From the NCBI RefSeq assembly GCF_035497515.1, contig NZ_DATJDJ010000180.1, forward strand, positions 10,875-74,874: 64,000 nucleotides of DNA, given 5' to 3'. This DNA comes from Pararhizobium sp. (lineage in GTDB: Bacteria > Pseudomonadota > Alphaproteobacteria > Rhizobiales > Rhizobiaceae). Each line of letters begins with the position of its first letter. Within the stretch, counting starts at the first letter, position 1. Below, piece after piece: positions 31,923-42,907 of the stretch. The notes beneath the pieces were generated by a model that worked only from the letters and a program-made list of their open reading frames with translations, ran no database searches and was not told the origin of the DNA. The position numbers and the translations under genes were made by a program.

Positions 31923-32543
31923 CTATGCCTGATTACTGTCCCTGAAACTGGCACGGGCCAGCATCAGGCGCGACAGCGTGGTGTAGAAGCAGACGAAGGC
32001 GAAGAGGACGGCGATCTCGGAAAACCACTGCGGGAAGATGCAGAACGCCAGGAACACCGCGATCGTCTCGGTCGCCTCGGCAAGGCCGGTGGTGAAATAG
32101 AGCGATTTCGCCCCACGCACGCCGGTCGACAGGCCGCGTTTCTCGGCCATGACGGCAAAGGCAAGAAAGCTCGCACCGTTGATATAGAAGGCGAGAAGCA
32201 GCAGGCCGCCGGCAGCGCCGTTCTCGTAGGGGTCCGAGAAGATGAAGGCAAAGGGAATAAGGCCGTAGAAGGCGAAGTCTAGAACGATATCGAGAAAGCC
32301 GCCGAAATCGGTCTTCCCCGTTGCCCTTGCCACGGCGCCATCCAGCCCGTCGCAGAGACGACTGGCACCGATCAGAATAAAAGCCACCACCAATTCGTCG
32401 ATGATGATGGCGAAGGCTGCAGCGAGCCCGAGCAGGAAGCCGGCGATGGTGACCGTGTTTGCACCGATGCCTCGCCCCGCCAAAGCCCGCCCGCCACGAT
32501 CAAGCCAAGGTTCCAGCCGCTGCCTGATATGCCCGTCGAGCAT
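31923..32543 (-). CDS. CDP-alcohol phosphatidyltransferase family protein (YnjF-like)
   Basis: DGLDGAVAR...GGFLDIVLD signature. Confidence 0.88.
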   Translation of the reverse strand: MLDGHIRQRLEPWLDRGGRALAGRGIGANTVTIAGFLLGLAAAFAIIIDELVVAFILIGASRLCDGLDGAVARATGKTDFGGFLDIVLDFAFYGLIPFAFIFSDPYENGAAGGLLLLAFYINGASFLAFAVMAEKRGLSTGVRGAKSLYFTTGLAEATETIAVFLAFCIFPQWFSEIAVLFAFVCFYTTLSRLMLARASFRDSNQA

Positions 32544-32638
32544 GCTGTCTCCTATCCTTACAGTTTACCCTATCCGTTATTCTTGACGAAACCATCTTGC
32601 TGTAGAATATCGCCCATAGACTTGAAAAGGGTTTGCAT

Positions 32639-33031
32639 ATGTACCGCGCGCTCACTCGCGATATCGAGGTAACGGTCGAGCCGTATTATCTGGAGGAACA
32701 GTCCGATCCGGATGACAGCCGCTATGTCTGGGGCTACCGCATCCTGATCGCCAATCTGTCCGGCAAGACGGTGCGGCTGATGACGCGCTACTGGCACATC
32801 ACAGATGAAAACGGCCAGGTGGACGAAGTCAACGGGCCGGGCGTCATCGGCGAGCAACCGGTACTGAGCCCCGGCGACACGTATGAATATTCCTCAGGCT
32901 GCCCGCTCGATACGCCGTCCGGCGTGATGTTCGGTCATTATTCGATGGAAACGACGGAAGGCGAGGCCTTCAACGTCGATATCCCCGCCTTCTCGCTGGA
33001 TTCCCCCGGCCAGACCCGGACGTTGAACTAG
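32639..33031 (+). CDS. apaG: ApaG protein
   Basis: [16 protein letters not shown] and YSSGCPL motifs. Confidence 0.93.
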   Translation: MYRALTRDIEVTVEPYYLEEQSDPDDSRYVWGYRILIANLSGKTVRLMTRYWHITDENGQVDEVNGPGVIGEQPVLSPGDTYEYSSGCPLDTPSGVMFGHYSMETTEGEAFNVDIPAFSLDSPGQTRTLN

Positions 33032-33071
33032 AGCGCTTCATCCAGGATAAAGCGCCCCAGCGGTCGCATGA

Positions 33072-34067
33072 TTACTGCGGCCGGATTTCGGTTGCTTCGA
33101 ACCGGTAGGTCGTCGAGCAGAACTCGCAGGTAACCGAGACCTTCCCGTCCTTCATCGAATGCTCGATGTCTTCCTGGCTGAGGCTCGCCAGCACGTCGCG
33201 CAGCTTTTCGCGTGAACAGCTGCACTTGTCGTAGACGGCTTGTGGCGGATAGACCTTGACGCCGCGTTCGTGGAACAGCCGATAGAGCAGACGCTCCGTG
33301 CCGACGGTCGGATCGGTCAGTTCGTCGGCATCGATGGTCTGGACCATGACGCTGGCTTCGCCCCAGAGATCATCGACCTCGAAATCGCCATCCGCATTCG
33401 TCGTGTCGCCGTCACCGCCGTGCAGGTCGCGCTGGCGCATGCGCTCCGGCGCGTCGGGCAGGAACTGCGCGACCATGCCGCCGGCGCGCCAGCGATGGCG
33501 CGGCTTGCCGTTTTCATCGCGGTCGAGCAGTTCGGCAACACCAAGTCGTACTCTGGTCGGGATCTGTTCCGATTGACGGAAATAGACGCCGGCGATCTCC
33601 TCCAGGCTCGCACCATCCAGCGGCACGATGCCCTGATAGCGCTGCATATGGGCGCCCTGATCGATGGTGAAGGCAAGAATGCCCTCGCCCAGCAGCTCTT
33701 GCGGCTGGGTCTGGCCGTTCTTTTCGGCGATGGCCAAGGCTTCCTCATTGTAACGGGCATAGGCGCGCACACGGTCCGGCGTCGCGAAATCCGCGACGAC
33801 CAGCTCGACGGGGCCGTCGCTCTTCGTCTGGACGATCAGCTTGCCTTCGAACTTCAGCGAGGTGCCAAGCAGCACAGTCAGCACGACCGTTTCTGCGACC
33901 AGGCGGGCGACCGGCAACGGATAATTGTGGCGTTCGAGAATGGCGTCCAGCATCGGGCCGAGCTGGACAGCGCGGCCGCGCACATCAAGTCCTTCAACCT
34001 GAAACGGCACGACGTGATCGTCACCGGCAAAATCGAACTCGCCGAGACCCGGCATGGTTTCCGTCAT
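33072..34067 (-). CDS. hslO: Hsp33 redox-regulated chaperone
   Basis: YQGIVPL, YFRQSEQIPT and zinc motif CSC...CEFC. Confidence 0.92.
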   Translation of the reverse strand: MTETMPGLGEFDFAGDDHVVPFQVEGLDVRGRAVQLGPMLDAILERHNYPLPVARLVAETVVLTVLLGTSLKFEGKLIVQTKSDGPVELVVADFATPDRVRAYARYNEEALAIAEKNGQTQPQELLGEGILAFTIDQGAHMQRYQGIVPLDGASLEEIAGVYFRQSEQIPTRVRLGVAELLDRDENGKPRHRWRAGGMVAQFLPDAPERMRQRDLHGGDGDTTNADGDFEVDDLWGEASVMVQTIDADELTDPTVGTERLLYRLFHERGVKVYPPQAVYDKCSCSREKLRDVLASLSQEDIEHSMKDGKVSVTCEFCSTTYRFEATEIRPQ

Positions 34068-34347
34068 CACTTTGCTCCTTAGCATTCGGTCACCAATGCG
34101 CCCGAGGAGCCGAGCCCCGTGGCGACGCGATGTCCGATTTGTCCATTGATCCCGTGCCGTCCCGGTTTGTCCAGAGCACATCCGGAAAAAGCAGCGGCTG
34201 TCGCTTCAGGGTCGAAGCGAACGGATGGTTGGTGTCATCAACGACGATGACCGGTCGCGTGTTCGGCGCCGGTCATCTTTCTGTTCCATAGATCGTGTGC
34301 CATGCGCCGGTTTTCAAGCGGCGCGGCCAGCCCGGTTCACAGGGCGG

Positions 34348-35265
34348 CTACAGGGCGCCGAGGCACCAGGCGAGCACCGCCTTCTGGGCATGGAGGCGGT
34401 TTTCGGCTTCATCGAAGACGACGGACTGCGCGCCATCGATGACCTCGTCGGTCACTTCCTCGCCACGATGGGCCGGCAGGCAGTGCATGAACAGCGCATC
34501 CTTGTCGGCCCGCTTCATCAGCGCCTCATTGACCTGGAAGGGCTGGAAGACATTGTGGCCGCGGGCGCGATGTTCCTGGTTCATGGAGACCCAGGTATCG
34601 GTGACCACGCAATGGGCACCATCCACGGCCTGTTCGGCTTCATGGTACAGCTTGATGTTGCCACCGTTGTTGCGGGCCCAGTTGAGGATCTTGTCATCCG
34701 GCTCGGAACCAAGCGGAACGGCCATGTTCATCTGGTAGCCGAAACGGGCCGAGCCTTCGATGAAGGAATGCAGCACATTGTTGCCGTCGCCGGTCCAGGC
34801 GATCGTCTTGCCTTTCACCGGACCGCTATGCTCCTCGAAGGTCATGATGTCGGCCATGATCTGGCAGGGATGCGTGGTGTCCGTCAGGCCGTTGATGACG
34901 GGGACGGTCGCGTGCTCGGCCAGTTCCAGCAGGCGGCTGTGATCGGTCGTGCGGATCATGATCGCATCGACGTAACGCGACAGGACCTTGGCGGTGTCGC
35001 CGATTGTCTCGGCGCGGCCGAGCTGCATTTCGGTGCCGGAGAGGAACAGCGTTTCGCCGCCGAGCTGGCGCATGCCGACGTCGAAAGAGACGCGAGTGCG
35101 CGTCGACGGCTTTTCGAAGATCATCGCCAGCATCTTGCCGGCAAGTGGCTTTTCCGCCGTGCCGGCCTTGGTGGCGGCCTTGCGGACGCGGGCGTCGTCG
35201 ATGATGGTTCTCAGGTCATTCGACGTCATTGCGGAGAGGTCGAGAAAGTGTCTTGTATCAGCCAT
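34348..35265 (-). CDS. argF: Ornithine carbamoyltransferase
   Basis: STRTR, HPCQ, FMHCLP and AENRLH motifs. Confidence 0.96.
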   Translation of the reverse strand: MADTRHFLDLSAMTSNDLRTIIDDARVRKAATKAGTAEKPLAGKMLAMIFEKPSTRTRVSFDVGMRQLGGETLFLSGTEMQLGRAETIGDTAKVLSRYVDAIMIRTTDHSRLLELAEHATVPVINGLTDTTHPCQIMADIMTFEEHSGPVKGKTIAWTGDGNNVLHSFIEGSARFGYQMNMAVPLGSEPDDKILNWARNNGGNIKLYHEAEQAVDGAHCVVTDTWVSMNQEHRARGHNVFQPFQVNEALMKRADKDALFMHCLPAHRGEEVTDEVIDGAQSVVFDEAENRLHAQKAVLAWCLGAL

Positions 35266-35309
35266 TCTATTCAAATCCTGTCATTATTCGAGCATGCGGG
35301 GAACGTCGT

Positions 35310-36509
35310 TCAGGCCGAAGCCTGTCGTCGTTCCGCCGTCAGATGCTCGGCCGCCCGCTCGATGCGGGCGAGACCCTCACGGGCCTCTTCCGCCGTCGTG
35401 GTGAGCGGGGGCAGCAGGCGAATGACGTTTTCACCCGCAGGAACGGCCAGCAGGCGTTCCGCCCGGATGGCCTTCAAAAGATCGGCAGACGGCACCTTGG
35501 CCTTGATGCCGAGCATCAGGCCATCGCCACGGATTTCCTCGATCACATCGGGGAAGCGGTCGGCAAGCGAGGCGAGACCCTGGCGGAAGACCAAGGCCAC
35601 GTCGCGGACATGCGGCAGGAAATCGTCGGCCAACACGACGTCAAGGACGGCATTGCCGACAGCCATGGCGAGCGGATTGCCGCCATAGGTCGATCCATGC
35701 GTGCCGGCGACCATGCCCGCCGCCGCTTCCTCCGTCGCCAGGCAGGCACCCAGCGGGAAACCGCCGCCGATGCCCTTGGCGACCGCCATGATATCCGGGG
35801 TGATGCCCGACCATTCATGCGCGAACAGCTTGCCTGTCCGGCCGACGCCGCACTGGACCTCGTCGAAGATCAGCAGCAGGCCATATTCGTCGCAGAGCGT
35901 GCGCAGCTCCTGCAGGAACTCCTTCGGAACGGTGCGGATGCCGCCCTCGCCCTGGATCGGCTCGATCAGGATCGCAGCCGTTTCCTCGGTGATGGCGGCT
36001 TTCAGGGCCGGCATGTCGCCGAACGGAACCTGATAGAAGCCTGGAGCCTTCGGACCGAAGCCCTCGAGATACTTCGCCTGTCCACCGGCGGCGATGGTCG
36101 CCAGCGTGCGGCCGTGGAAGGCGCCTTCGAAGGTGATGATGTGGAACTTTTCCGGATGGCCCTTGGCGAAATGATAGCGCCGCGCCGTCTTGATCGCGCA
36201 TTCCAGCGCCTCGGCGCCCGAATTGGTGAAAAACGCCTTGTCGGCAAAGGTCGCATCGGTCAGCCGGCGGCCGAGGCTTTCCTGGCCCGGAACCTCGTAG
36301 AGATTGGACAGGTGCCAGACCTTCTCAGCCTGCTCCTTCAGCGCCGACACCAGATGCGGATGGGCATGGCCGAGCGAATTGACCGCGACGCCGGCGGCGA
36401 AGTCCAGATAGCGGGTGCCGTCCTCGGCGATCAGCCAGACGCCTTCGCCGCGCTCGAACCGAAGCGGTGCGCGGGCATATGTGTCGTAAAGCGGCGTGGC
36501 ATCGGCCAT
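35310..36509 (-). CDS. argD: Acetylornithine aminotransferase
   Basis: [25 protein letters not shown] and AKGIGGG motifs; upstream of argF. Confidence 0.93.
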   Translation of the reverse strand: MADATPLYDTYARAPLRFERGEGVWLIAEDGTRYLDFAAGVAVNSLGHAHPHLVSALKEQAEKVWHLSNLYEVPGQESLGRRLTDATFADKAFFTNSGAEALECAIKTARRYHFAKGHPEKFHIITFEGAFHGRTLATIAAGGQAKYLEGFGPKAPGFYQVPFGDMPALKAAITEETAAILIEPIQGEGGIRTVPKEFLQELRTLCDEYGLLLIFDEVQCGVGRTGKLFAHEWSGITPDIMAVAKGIGGGFPLGACLATEEAAAGMVAGTHGSTYGGNPLAMAVGNAVLDVVLADDFLPHVRDVALVFRQGLASLADRFPDVIEEIRGDGLMLGIKAKVPSADLLKAIRAERLLAVPAGENVIRLLPPLTTTAEEAREGLARIERAAEHLTAERRQASA

Positions 36510-36761
36510 GGCGCAAGTCTCCTCAATCATCACGGCGTGATTGTCTGGGTCACGTGTTTACACCGGGCTGAGGCCAGCCCTGAAAAATCAAAATGCCGCC
36601 TTGCGGCGGCGATGGCACTATCTTCATTTCGCACCGCGATGTCAACAAAAGGCCATGGTTTGCAGCCATTCCCGCGCGCCGAACGGCCCGCGAATTTTTT
36701 TACGCCACGCTCTTGCAAAAATACCACGTATCGCAAGCAAGTTGGGGAAAACTCGAAAATC

Positions 36762-36827
36762 GATTCGGCGCGATTCATGGGACTCTTGTCACGGAGTCCC
36801 CCGGGCTCTACGTTAATGAACAATTAC
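36762..36827. promoter_or_regulatory. gcrA promoter region with clustered GANTC sites and a CtrA-like box
   Basis: GANTC at 36762, 36772, 36781 and 36794; TTAA-N7-TTAC at 36813-36827. Confidence 0.65.
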
Positions 36828-36944
36828 TAGAACGCATGCGGCGGACCTAGTCACCAAAAGTGTTATCGCGTTTCAACCTCGGATCATTGTCGGGGTTCGG
36901 TGGAGGATTCGACCATCACCAACGCTGTGAATGGAGACATGACC

Positions 36945-37475
36945 ATGAATTGGACTGACGAGCGGGTCGAAAAACTCAAGAAATTGTGGTCCGAAGGTCT
37001 GAGCGCAAGCCAGATTGCCGCTCAACTCGGCGGCGTCAGCCGCAATGCCGTCATCGGCAAGGTGCACCGGCTCTGCCTGCCGGGCCGCGCCAAGGCTGGC
37101 GGCACCACGGCGACAGCACGTGCGAAGCGCCCGGCACCGGCTGCCCCACGCACTGCCAGCAACACTTTCGCCTCGCGCATGGCCGCTCCTCGCGCTGCCA
37201 CGCGCACGACGGGCGCTGCCGTGATGAAGGAAGAGGTCGAGATCGACGCGATCGAGCAGCGCGAAGAAGCTCCGGCCAGCAACGTCGTCGTTCCGATGTC
37301 GCGCCGCCTGGGTCTGACGCAGCTTACCGACCGCACCTGCAAGTGGCCGATCGGCGATCCGATGAAGGAAGAGTTCCACTTCTGCGGCAATGACTCGCCC
37401 GATACATCGCCCTACTGCACGTTCCATGCGAAGCTGGCCTACCAGCCGTCCGCGGAACGCCGCAGGGCACGCTGA
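36945..37475 (+). CDS. gcrA: Cell-cycle regulator GcrA
   Basis: MNWTDERVEKLKKLW, SRNAVIGKVHRL, CKWPIGDP and FCG...YC..H motifs. Confidence 0.96.
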   Translation: MNWTDERVEKLKKLWSEGLSASQIAAQLGGVSRNAVIGKVHRLCLPGRAKAGGTTATARAKRPAPAAPRTASNTFASRMAAPRAATRTTGAAVMKEEVEIDAIEQREEAPASNVVVPMSRRLGLTQLTDRTCKWPIGDPMKEEFHFCGNDSPDTSPYCTFHAKLAYQPSAERRRAR

Positions 37476-37499
37476 GACACAGCGTCACAGGTATCGAAG

Positions 37500-37522
37500 A
37501 AGGGGCCTGAAGGCCCCTTTTT
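37500..37522 (+). terminator. gcrA terminator
   Basis: AAGGGGCC-tgaa-GGCCCCTTTTT. Confidence 0.8.
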
Positions 37523-37530
37523 CATTATTA

Positions 37531-37591
37531 TGCAGTATATTTAAAGTGTTACAGGGACCTTTGCGCGTCATATTGGATACGCAGCGCTGCA
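37531..37591 (+). repeat. Motif-C-like repeat, copy 3
   Basis: TGCAGTATATTTAAAGTGTTACAGGGACCTTTGCGCGTC... Confidence 0.75.
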
Positions 37592-37601
37592 ATTCGCCCG
37601 A

Positions 37602-38285
37602 TCAGCTTTCCAGCGAATAGCCGGCGCCGCGCACGGTGCGGATCACGTCCTGCATGTTGGAAAAGTTCAGCGCCTTGCGCAGGCGGCCGACATGGACATC
37701 GACGGTGCGTTCGTCGACATAGATGTCATGCCCCCAGACGCCATCCAAAAGCTGCGAACGTGAAAACACCCGGCCCGGCGAGGCCATGAAAAATTCGAGC
37801 AGGCGGAACTCGGTCGGTCCGAGGCGGACCTCACGGGCCTTGCGATGGACCCGGTGGGTTTCACGGTCGAGTTCGATATCGCCGCATTTCAAGAGGGTGG
37901 AGAGAACTTCCGGCTTGGCACGGCGCAGCATGGCCTTCACCCGCGCCATCAGTTCCGGCGTCGAGAACGGCTTGACCACATAATCGTCGGCACCGGTGGC
38001 GAGACCACGGACGCGCTCGCTTTCCTCGCCACGCGCCGTCAGCATGATGATCGGCAGGCGCTCGGTTTCGGAGCGCTGGCGCAGGCGGCGACAAAGTTCG
38101 ATGCCGGATACGCCGGGCAGCATCCAGTCGAGGATCAGGAGATCGGGCAGGCGCTCCTGCAGGCGCATTTCGGCTTCGTCGCCACGGTTGATCGTATCGA
38201 CTTCGAACCCTTCGGCCTCAAGGTTGTAGCGCAGGAGGACGCTCAGCGCCTCTTCATCTTCAACAACGGCAATTCTTGGCAGCAT
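37602..38285 (-). CDS. phoB: Phosphate regulon response regulator
   Basis: LDWMLPG receiver; wHTH (RTVDVHVGRLRK, RTVRGAGY); located in the pst operon. Confidence 0.95.
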   Translation of the reverse strand: MLPRIAVVEDEEALSVLLRYNLEAEGFEVDTINRGDEAEMRLQERLPDLLILDWMLPGVSGIELCRRLRQRSETERLPIIMLTARGEESERVRGLATGADDYVVKPFSTPELMARVKAMLRRAKPEVLSTLLKCGDIELDRETHRVHRKAREVRLGPTEFRLLEFFMASPGRVFSRSQLLDGVWGHDIYVDERTVDVHVGRLRKALNFSNMQDVIRTVRGAGYSLES

Positions 38286-38390
38286 AGTCTTATGAGCTCC
38301 TTGGCACCCGGTCCACCGGGCCTGCCGAGCGGCTCCAGCGGCCGCTCGCGCATTTTATGTAAGAACTGACTTACTCATTTGTGCGTGCGA

Positions 38391-39101
38391 TCAGTTGCCG
38401 TTCGCGCCAACGGTGTTGGCCGTGTCGTCTTTCGGACGCTCGCCGACAGGCTGTGCGCCGGTCGCCATGTAGTAGATCGTCTCGGCGATGTTGGTGGCAT
38501 GGTCGCCGATGCGCTCGATGTTCTTGGCGCAGAACAGCAGATGGGTGCACGGCGTGATGTTGCGCGGATCTTCCATCATGTAGGTCAGAAGCTCGCGGAA
38601 CAACGAGGTGTAGATCGCATCGATCTCGCCATCACGCTCGCGGATGCTGTTGGCCTTTTCGGGCGAACGCGAGGCATAGACGTCGAGAACTTCCTTGAGC
38701 TGGACGAGAGCAAGCTCGGCCAGATGTTCCAGGCCGCGAGCCAACTGGCGCGGCAGGGTCGAGCTGGCAACGGCGATGACGCGCTTGGCGTTGTTCTTGC
38801 CTAGGTCGCCGACACGTTCCAGGTCGGCAGCGATACGGATCGAACCCATGATTTCGCGCAGGTCGGCCGCCATCGGCTGGCGTTTGGCGATGGTGATGAT
38901 GGCCTTTTCGCCGATCTGGCGCTCGGCATCATCGAGAATGGCGTCGTCGGAGATGACTTTCTGGGCGAGCGCCAGGTCGGAATTGACCAAGGCGCGCACG
39001 GATTCAGCCACCATCTGCTCGGCAAGACCGCCCATTTCGGAGATGCGGCGGGTCAGGTATTTCAGATCTTCGTCATAGACGGAAACGATGTGCGTAGACA
39101 T
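38391..39101 (-). CDS. phoU: Phosphate signalling protein
   Basis: RQPMAADLR, DLERVGD and IERIGDHATNIAE motifs. Confidence 0.95.
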   Translation of the reverse strand: MSTHIVSVYDEDLKYLTRRISEMGGLAEQMVAESVRALVNSDLALAQKVISDDAILDDAERQIGEKAIITIAKRQPMAADLREIMGSIRIAADLERVGDLGKNNAKRVIAVASSTLPRQLARGLEHLAELALVQLKEVLDVYASRSPEKANSIRERDGEIDAIYTSLFRELLTYMMEDPRNITPCTHLLFCAKNIERIGDHATNIAETIYYMATGAQPVGERPKDDTANTVGANGN

Positions 39102-39177
39102 GATTGTTTTTCCTCGCGATCACAATCCAATTGGAAACCGGAGCCTGCCGGACCCAGGCAGGCCGCAGGATGCATCC

Positions 39178-39993
39178 TCAGCCGAAGCGGCCCATGATAT
39201 AGTCCTGGGTGCGCTGGTCATCCGGGTTTGTGAACATCTTGTCGGTGTCGTTTTCCTCAACGAGATTGCCGAGGTGGAACATGGCGGTGCGCTGCGAAAC
39301 ACGGGCAGCCTGCTGCATCGAGTGGGTCACGATGACGATCGTGTAGTTGGTGCGCAGTTCGTGGATCAGTTCCTCGACCTTGGCGGTCGCGATCGGGTCC
39401 AGAGCCGAGCACGGCTCGTCCATCAGGATAACTTCCGGGCTGACCGCAACGGCGCGTGCGATGCACAGGCGCTGCTGCTGGCCACCGGAGAGGCCCGTGC
39501 CGGGCTCGTGCAGGCGGTCTTTCACCTCATTCCAGAGGCCGGCCTTCTGCAGGCTGATTTCGACAATCTGGTCGAATTCGGCTTTGGTGCGCGCCAGCCC
39601 ATGGATTTTCGGGCCATAGACCACGTTCTCGTAGATCGACTTCGGGAACGGGTTCGGCTTCTGGAAGACCATGCCGACACGGGCACGAAGTTCGACAACG
39701 TCGATGCTCGGGTCGTAGATATCGCCGTCATCGAGCGTAATCTTGCCGGTAACGCGGCAGTTGTCGATCGTGTCGTTCATGCGGTTCAGCGTCCGCAGGA
39801 AGGTCGACTTGCCGCAGCCGGACGGGCCGATCAGCGCTGTCACGGTGTTTTCGCGGACATCAAGGTTCACGTCGTAAAGCGCGCGCTTTTCACCGTAATA
39901 AACCGAGACATCCTTGCCGATCATCTTCAAGGGAACGGTATTCATTTTCTGGTCCAGCGCCTTTTCAACTGCTGCTTCTGACATCATGTTCAT
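39178..39993 (-). CDS. pstB: Phosphate ABC transporter ATPase
   Basis: [26 protein letters not shown] and DEPCSALDP motifs. Confidence 0.96.
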   Translation of the reverse strand: MNMMSEAAVEKALDQKMNTVPLKMIGKDVSVYYGEKRALYDVNLDVRENTVTALIGPSGCGKSTFLRTLNRMNDTIDNCRVTGKITLDDGDIYDPSIDVVELRARVGMVFQKPNPFPKSIYENVVYGPKIHGLARTKAEFDQIVEISLQKAGLWNEVKDRLHEPGTGLSGGQQQRLCIARAVAVSPEVILMDEPCSALDPIATAKVEELIHELRTNYTIVIVTHSMQQAARVSQRTAMFHLGNLVEENDTDKMFTNPDDQRTQDYIMGRFG

Positions 39994-40005
39994 GTTCTTA
40001 CCTCA

Positions 40006-41328
40006 CTACCAGCGACGCTCAAAGCGACGCCGCAACAGGATTGCGCCCAGGTTCATGACGACGAGGAAGATCAAGAGGATCATGATCGCACCCGACGTCC
40101 GTTCGACAAATGCACGTTCGGCTTCGTTGGCCCACATGTAGATCTGCACCGGCAGGGCAGTGGAAGGCTCCATCGGCGAGCCGGGGTAATCGACCACGAA
40201 GGCGACCATGCCGATCAGGAGAAGCGGCGCGGTTTCGCCGAGCGCATGCGCGAGCCCGATGATCGTGCCGGTGAGTACACCCGGCATGGCGAGCGGCAGG
40301 ACGTGGTGGAAGATGGTCTGCATCTTCGACGCACCGAGGCCAAGGGCGGCCGAGCGGATGGACGGCGGAACCGCCTTCAGCGCGGCGCGGGTGGCGATGA
40401 TGATCGTCGGAAGCGTCATCAGCGTCAGCACCAGACCACCGACCACGGCAGCCGAACGGGGCATGCCGGCGAAGTTGATGAAGATCGACAGGCCGAGCAG
40501 ACCGTAGACGATGGACGGAACGGCGGCGAGGTTGTTGATGTTCACCTCGATCAGGTCCGTCAGGCGGTTTTTCGGGGCGAACTCTTCCAGGTAGATCGAC
40601 GCGCAGACACCGATCGGCAATGCCAGTACGAGGACGATCAGCATCATGTAGAGCGAGCCGAGAGCCGCGACGCCGATGCCGGCGGCCTCCGGACGGCTCG
40701 ATGCACCGGAGGTGAACAGGCCGGTGTTGAACTGCTTGGCCAGGGCTCCGCTGTCGGACAGGGTCGCCATCCATTCGAGTTGCTGGTCCTTGACCTTGCG
40801 GTTGGCTTCAGCAACGGTCAGATCGATCTGGCCCTTGTTGGCGCTGTCGATATCGCCCTGCGCCAGAAGCGAGACGGTCGCGGTCGTGCCGATGACGGCC
40901 GGGTTCGCAACAACGATGTCACGCAACTGGGTCCGTGCGCTGGCAGAGACCATGTCGGTCGCCTGCTTGACCAGCGCGCGGTCGTTCGGATCGATGGCGA
41001 GTGCCTTGACAAGGGCATCACGCACCAGGAGCGGATAGTTCGCGGTCATCAGCTTGGCGGGATTGGCGCCACGCTCGTTCTTCGGGTCGATGATCTTTTC
41101 GGAGAACTCGATCGGCAGGGTGATCGCCGTCTGCTGAAAGGCGGTGTAGCCCTTGGAAACGACGGACCAGAGAAGCACGAACAGGAAGAACAGGCCGATC
41201 AGGATCGCGGCGCAGCCATAGGCCTGGAAACGGCGTTCGGCTGCATAGCGCTTCTTGATGCCGATATCGCGTCTTGCCTGGGCCGGGCGCTGGAACGTGG
41301 ACTGTACGGAGGATGTAACGTCGGTCAT
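40006..41328 (-). CDS. pstA: Phosphate ABC transporter permease
   Basis: NLAAVPSIVYGLLG and ALGETAPL motifs. Confidence 0.94.
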   Translation of the reverse strand: MTDVTSSVQSTFQRPAQARRDIGIKKRYAAERRFQAYGCAAILIGLFFLFVLLWSVVSKGYTAFQQTAITLPIEFSEKIIDPKNERGANPAKLMTANYPLLVRDALVKALAIDPNDRALVKQATDMVSASARTQLRDIVVANPAVIGTTATVSLLAQGDIDSANKGQIDLTVAEANRKVKDQQLEWMATLSDSGALAKQFNTGLFTSGASSRPEAAGIGVAALGSLYMMLIVLVLALPIGVCASIYLEEFAPKNRLTDLIEVNINNLAAVPSIVYGLLGLSIFINFAGMPRSAAVVGGLVLTLMTLPTIIIATRAALKAVPPSIRSAALGLGASKMQTIFHHVLPLAMPGVLTGTIIGLAHALGETAPLLLIGMVAFVVDYPGSPMEPSTALPVQIYMWANEAERAFVERTSGAIMILLIFLVVMNLGAILLRRRFERRW

Positions 41329-42809
41329 TCGTACTGTTCCCGATATTTGCGCACGATATAGAGTGCATAGATGTTGAGGCAGAGCGTTATGGCGAACAGG
41401 GTGATACCGAGCGCGAAGGCCACCAGCGTCTGCGGCGAATTGAACTCGAGGTCGCCGGTCAGCTGATTGACGATCTTGACGGTAACCGTCGTCATCGCTT
41501 CGAACGGATTGAGCTGCATGCGGGCGGCGACGCCGGCGGCCAGCACCACGATCATGGTTTCCCCGACAGCACGCGAAGCGGTCAGCAGGAGCGCGCCAAC
41601 AATGCCGGGAAGTGCGGCAGGCAGGATGACCCGCTTGATGGTTTCCGAGCGGGTCGCGCCAAGACCGAGCGAGCCGTCGCGCAGCGAGCGCGGCACCTGC
41701 GTGATGATGTCATCCGAGAGCGACGAGACGAACGGGATCAGCATGATGCCCATCACCAGACCGGCGGTCAGGACGCTCTGCGCCTGGATGAAGTTGACGT
41801 AATTGCCGGTCACCAGGCCATTGAGTTGGGCCGACATGTCGCGCAGGAACGGACCGACCGTTATCAGGGCGAAGAAGCCGTAAACGATGGTCGGGATGCC
41901 GGCGAGAATTTCGAGCAGCGGCTTGGCGATGCCGCGGACCTCGGGCCTGGCATATTCCGCCATGTAGATTGCGGCGAAGAGACCGATCGGCACGGCAAAA
42001 AGCATGGCGACGAAGGCGATATAGAGCGTGCCGGCGAGAAGTGGCAGCAGGCCGAATTGACCTTCCGCGCCCCCGCTGCCGGCAGCCGAGAAGCGCGGGT
42101 CCCAGACCGTGCCGAAGAAGAACGTGCTCGGAGAGACCGACTGGAAGAAGCGGATCGCTTCCGACAGCATCGAGCCGACGATGCCAACCGTGGTCAGGAT
42201 TGCGATGGACGAAGCCAGAAGCAGGGCGCCCAGCATGGCGCGCTCGACGCGGTTACGTGCCCGGAAAGGCGCGCTGATGCCACGGATGGCAAAAACGGCG
42301 CCGGCAACGGCGATGACCAGCACGACGACAGTCATCGCCCAGCCGCTGGTGTCCTTCATCGAATTGTAGGTCTGCGCTGACGTGACCATGTAGGCTTCGC
42401 CGGTATTCGCCATCGGCACACCCTTGGCGGCCAGCGCGTCGCGCAGGTTGGCCGAATCGCTCGTGACGGCGGCCATCTCATCGGCGCTGAGGAGCCGCAG
42501 ACCGTTGGCAACCTGCATGACCTGGCCGAGCATCAATTCGGTGGTTGCGACACCCTGGCTGCGGACACTTTCAGGCAGGGAGTCCCTGACGGCGTTTTCG
42601 ACGAAGAACGGGCTGGCGATCAGCCAGAGGGCCAGAACGACGGCGGCCGGCAGAACTGCCCAGATGGCAGCATAGACGCCGTGATAACCTGGAAGGGAGT
42701 GGAGTGCGGACAGCTTGCCGTTTGAGCTCGCCATCGCCCGGGCGCGACCGGCAAAAAATGCAGCAAGGCCAACGATCAAAACGACCAGAAATATAAGTGA
42801 GATGCTCAT
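41325..42809 (-). CDS. pstC: Phosphate ABC transporter permease
   Basis: EILAGIPTIVYG and SRAVGETMIV motifs. Confidence 0.94.
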   Translation of the reverse strand: MSISLIFLVVLIVGLAAFFAGRARAMASSNGKLSALHSLPGYHGVYAAIWAVLPAAVVLALWLIASPFFVENAVRDSLPESVRSQGVATTELMLGQVMQVANGLRLLSADEMAAVTSDSANLRDALAAKGVPMANTGEAYMVTSAQTYNSMKDTSGWAMTVVVLVIAVAGAVFAIRGISAPFRARNRVERAMLGALLLASSIAILTTVGIVGSMLSEAIRFFQSVSPSTFFFGTVWDPRFSAAGSGGAEGQFGLLPLLAGTLYIAFVAMLFAVPIGLFAAIYMAEYARPEVRGIAKPLLEILAGIPTIVYGFFALITVGPFLRDMSAQLNGLVTGNYVNFIQAQSVLTAGLVMGIMLIPFVSSLSDDIITQVPRSLRDGSLGLGATRSETIKRVILPAALPGIVGALLLTASRAVGETMIVVLAAGVAARMQLNPFEAMTTVTVKIVNQLTGDLEFNSPQTLVAFALGITLFAITLCLNIYALYIVRKYREQYE

Positions 42810-42869
42810 CGATAAATCCCCCCGGCCTTGTCAATCAGTGAAAGCCGGCAAATCCGAACTCGGGAGGTA

Positions 42870-42893
42870 CGGCACGGCAAAACTGCCGTGCCG
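42870..42893. other. pstS-pstC intercistronic hairpin
   Basis: CGGCACGGCA-aaac-TGCCGTGCCG with perfect 10-bp arms; probably stabilises pstS mRNA or acts as a partial terminator. Confidence 0.6.
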
Positions 42894-42907
42894 CGTTTTC
42901 TCACAGC

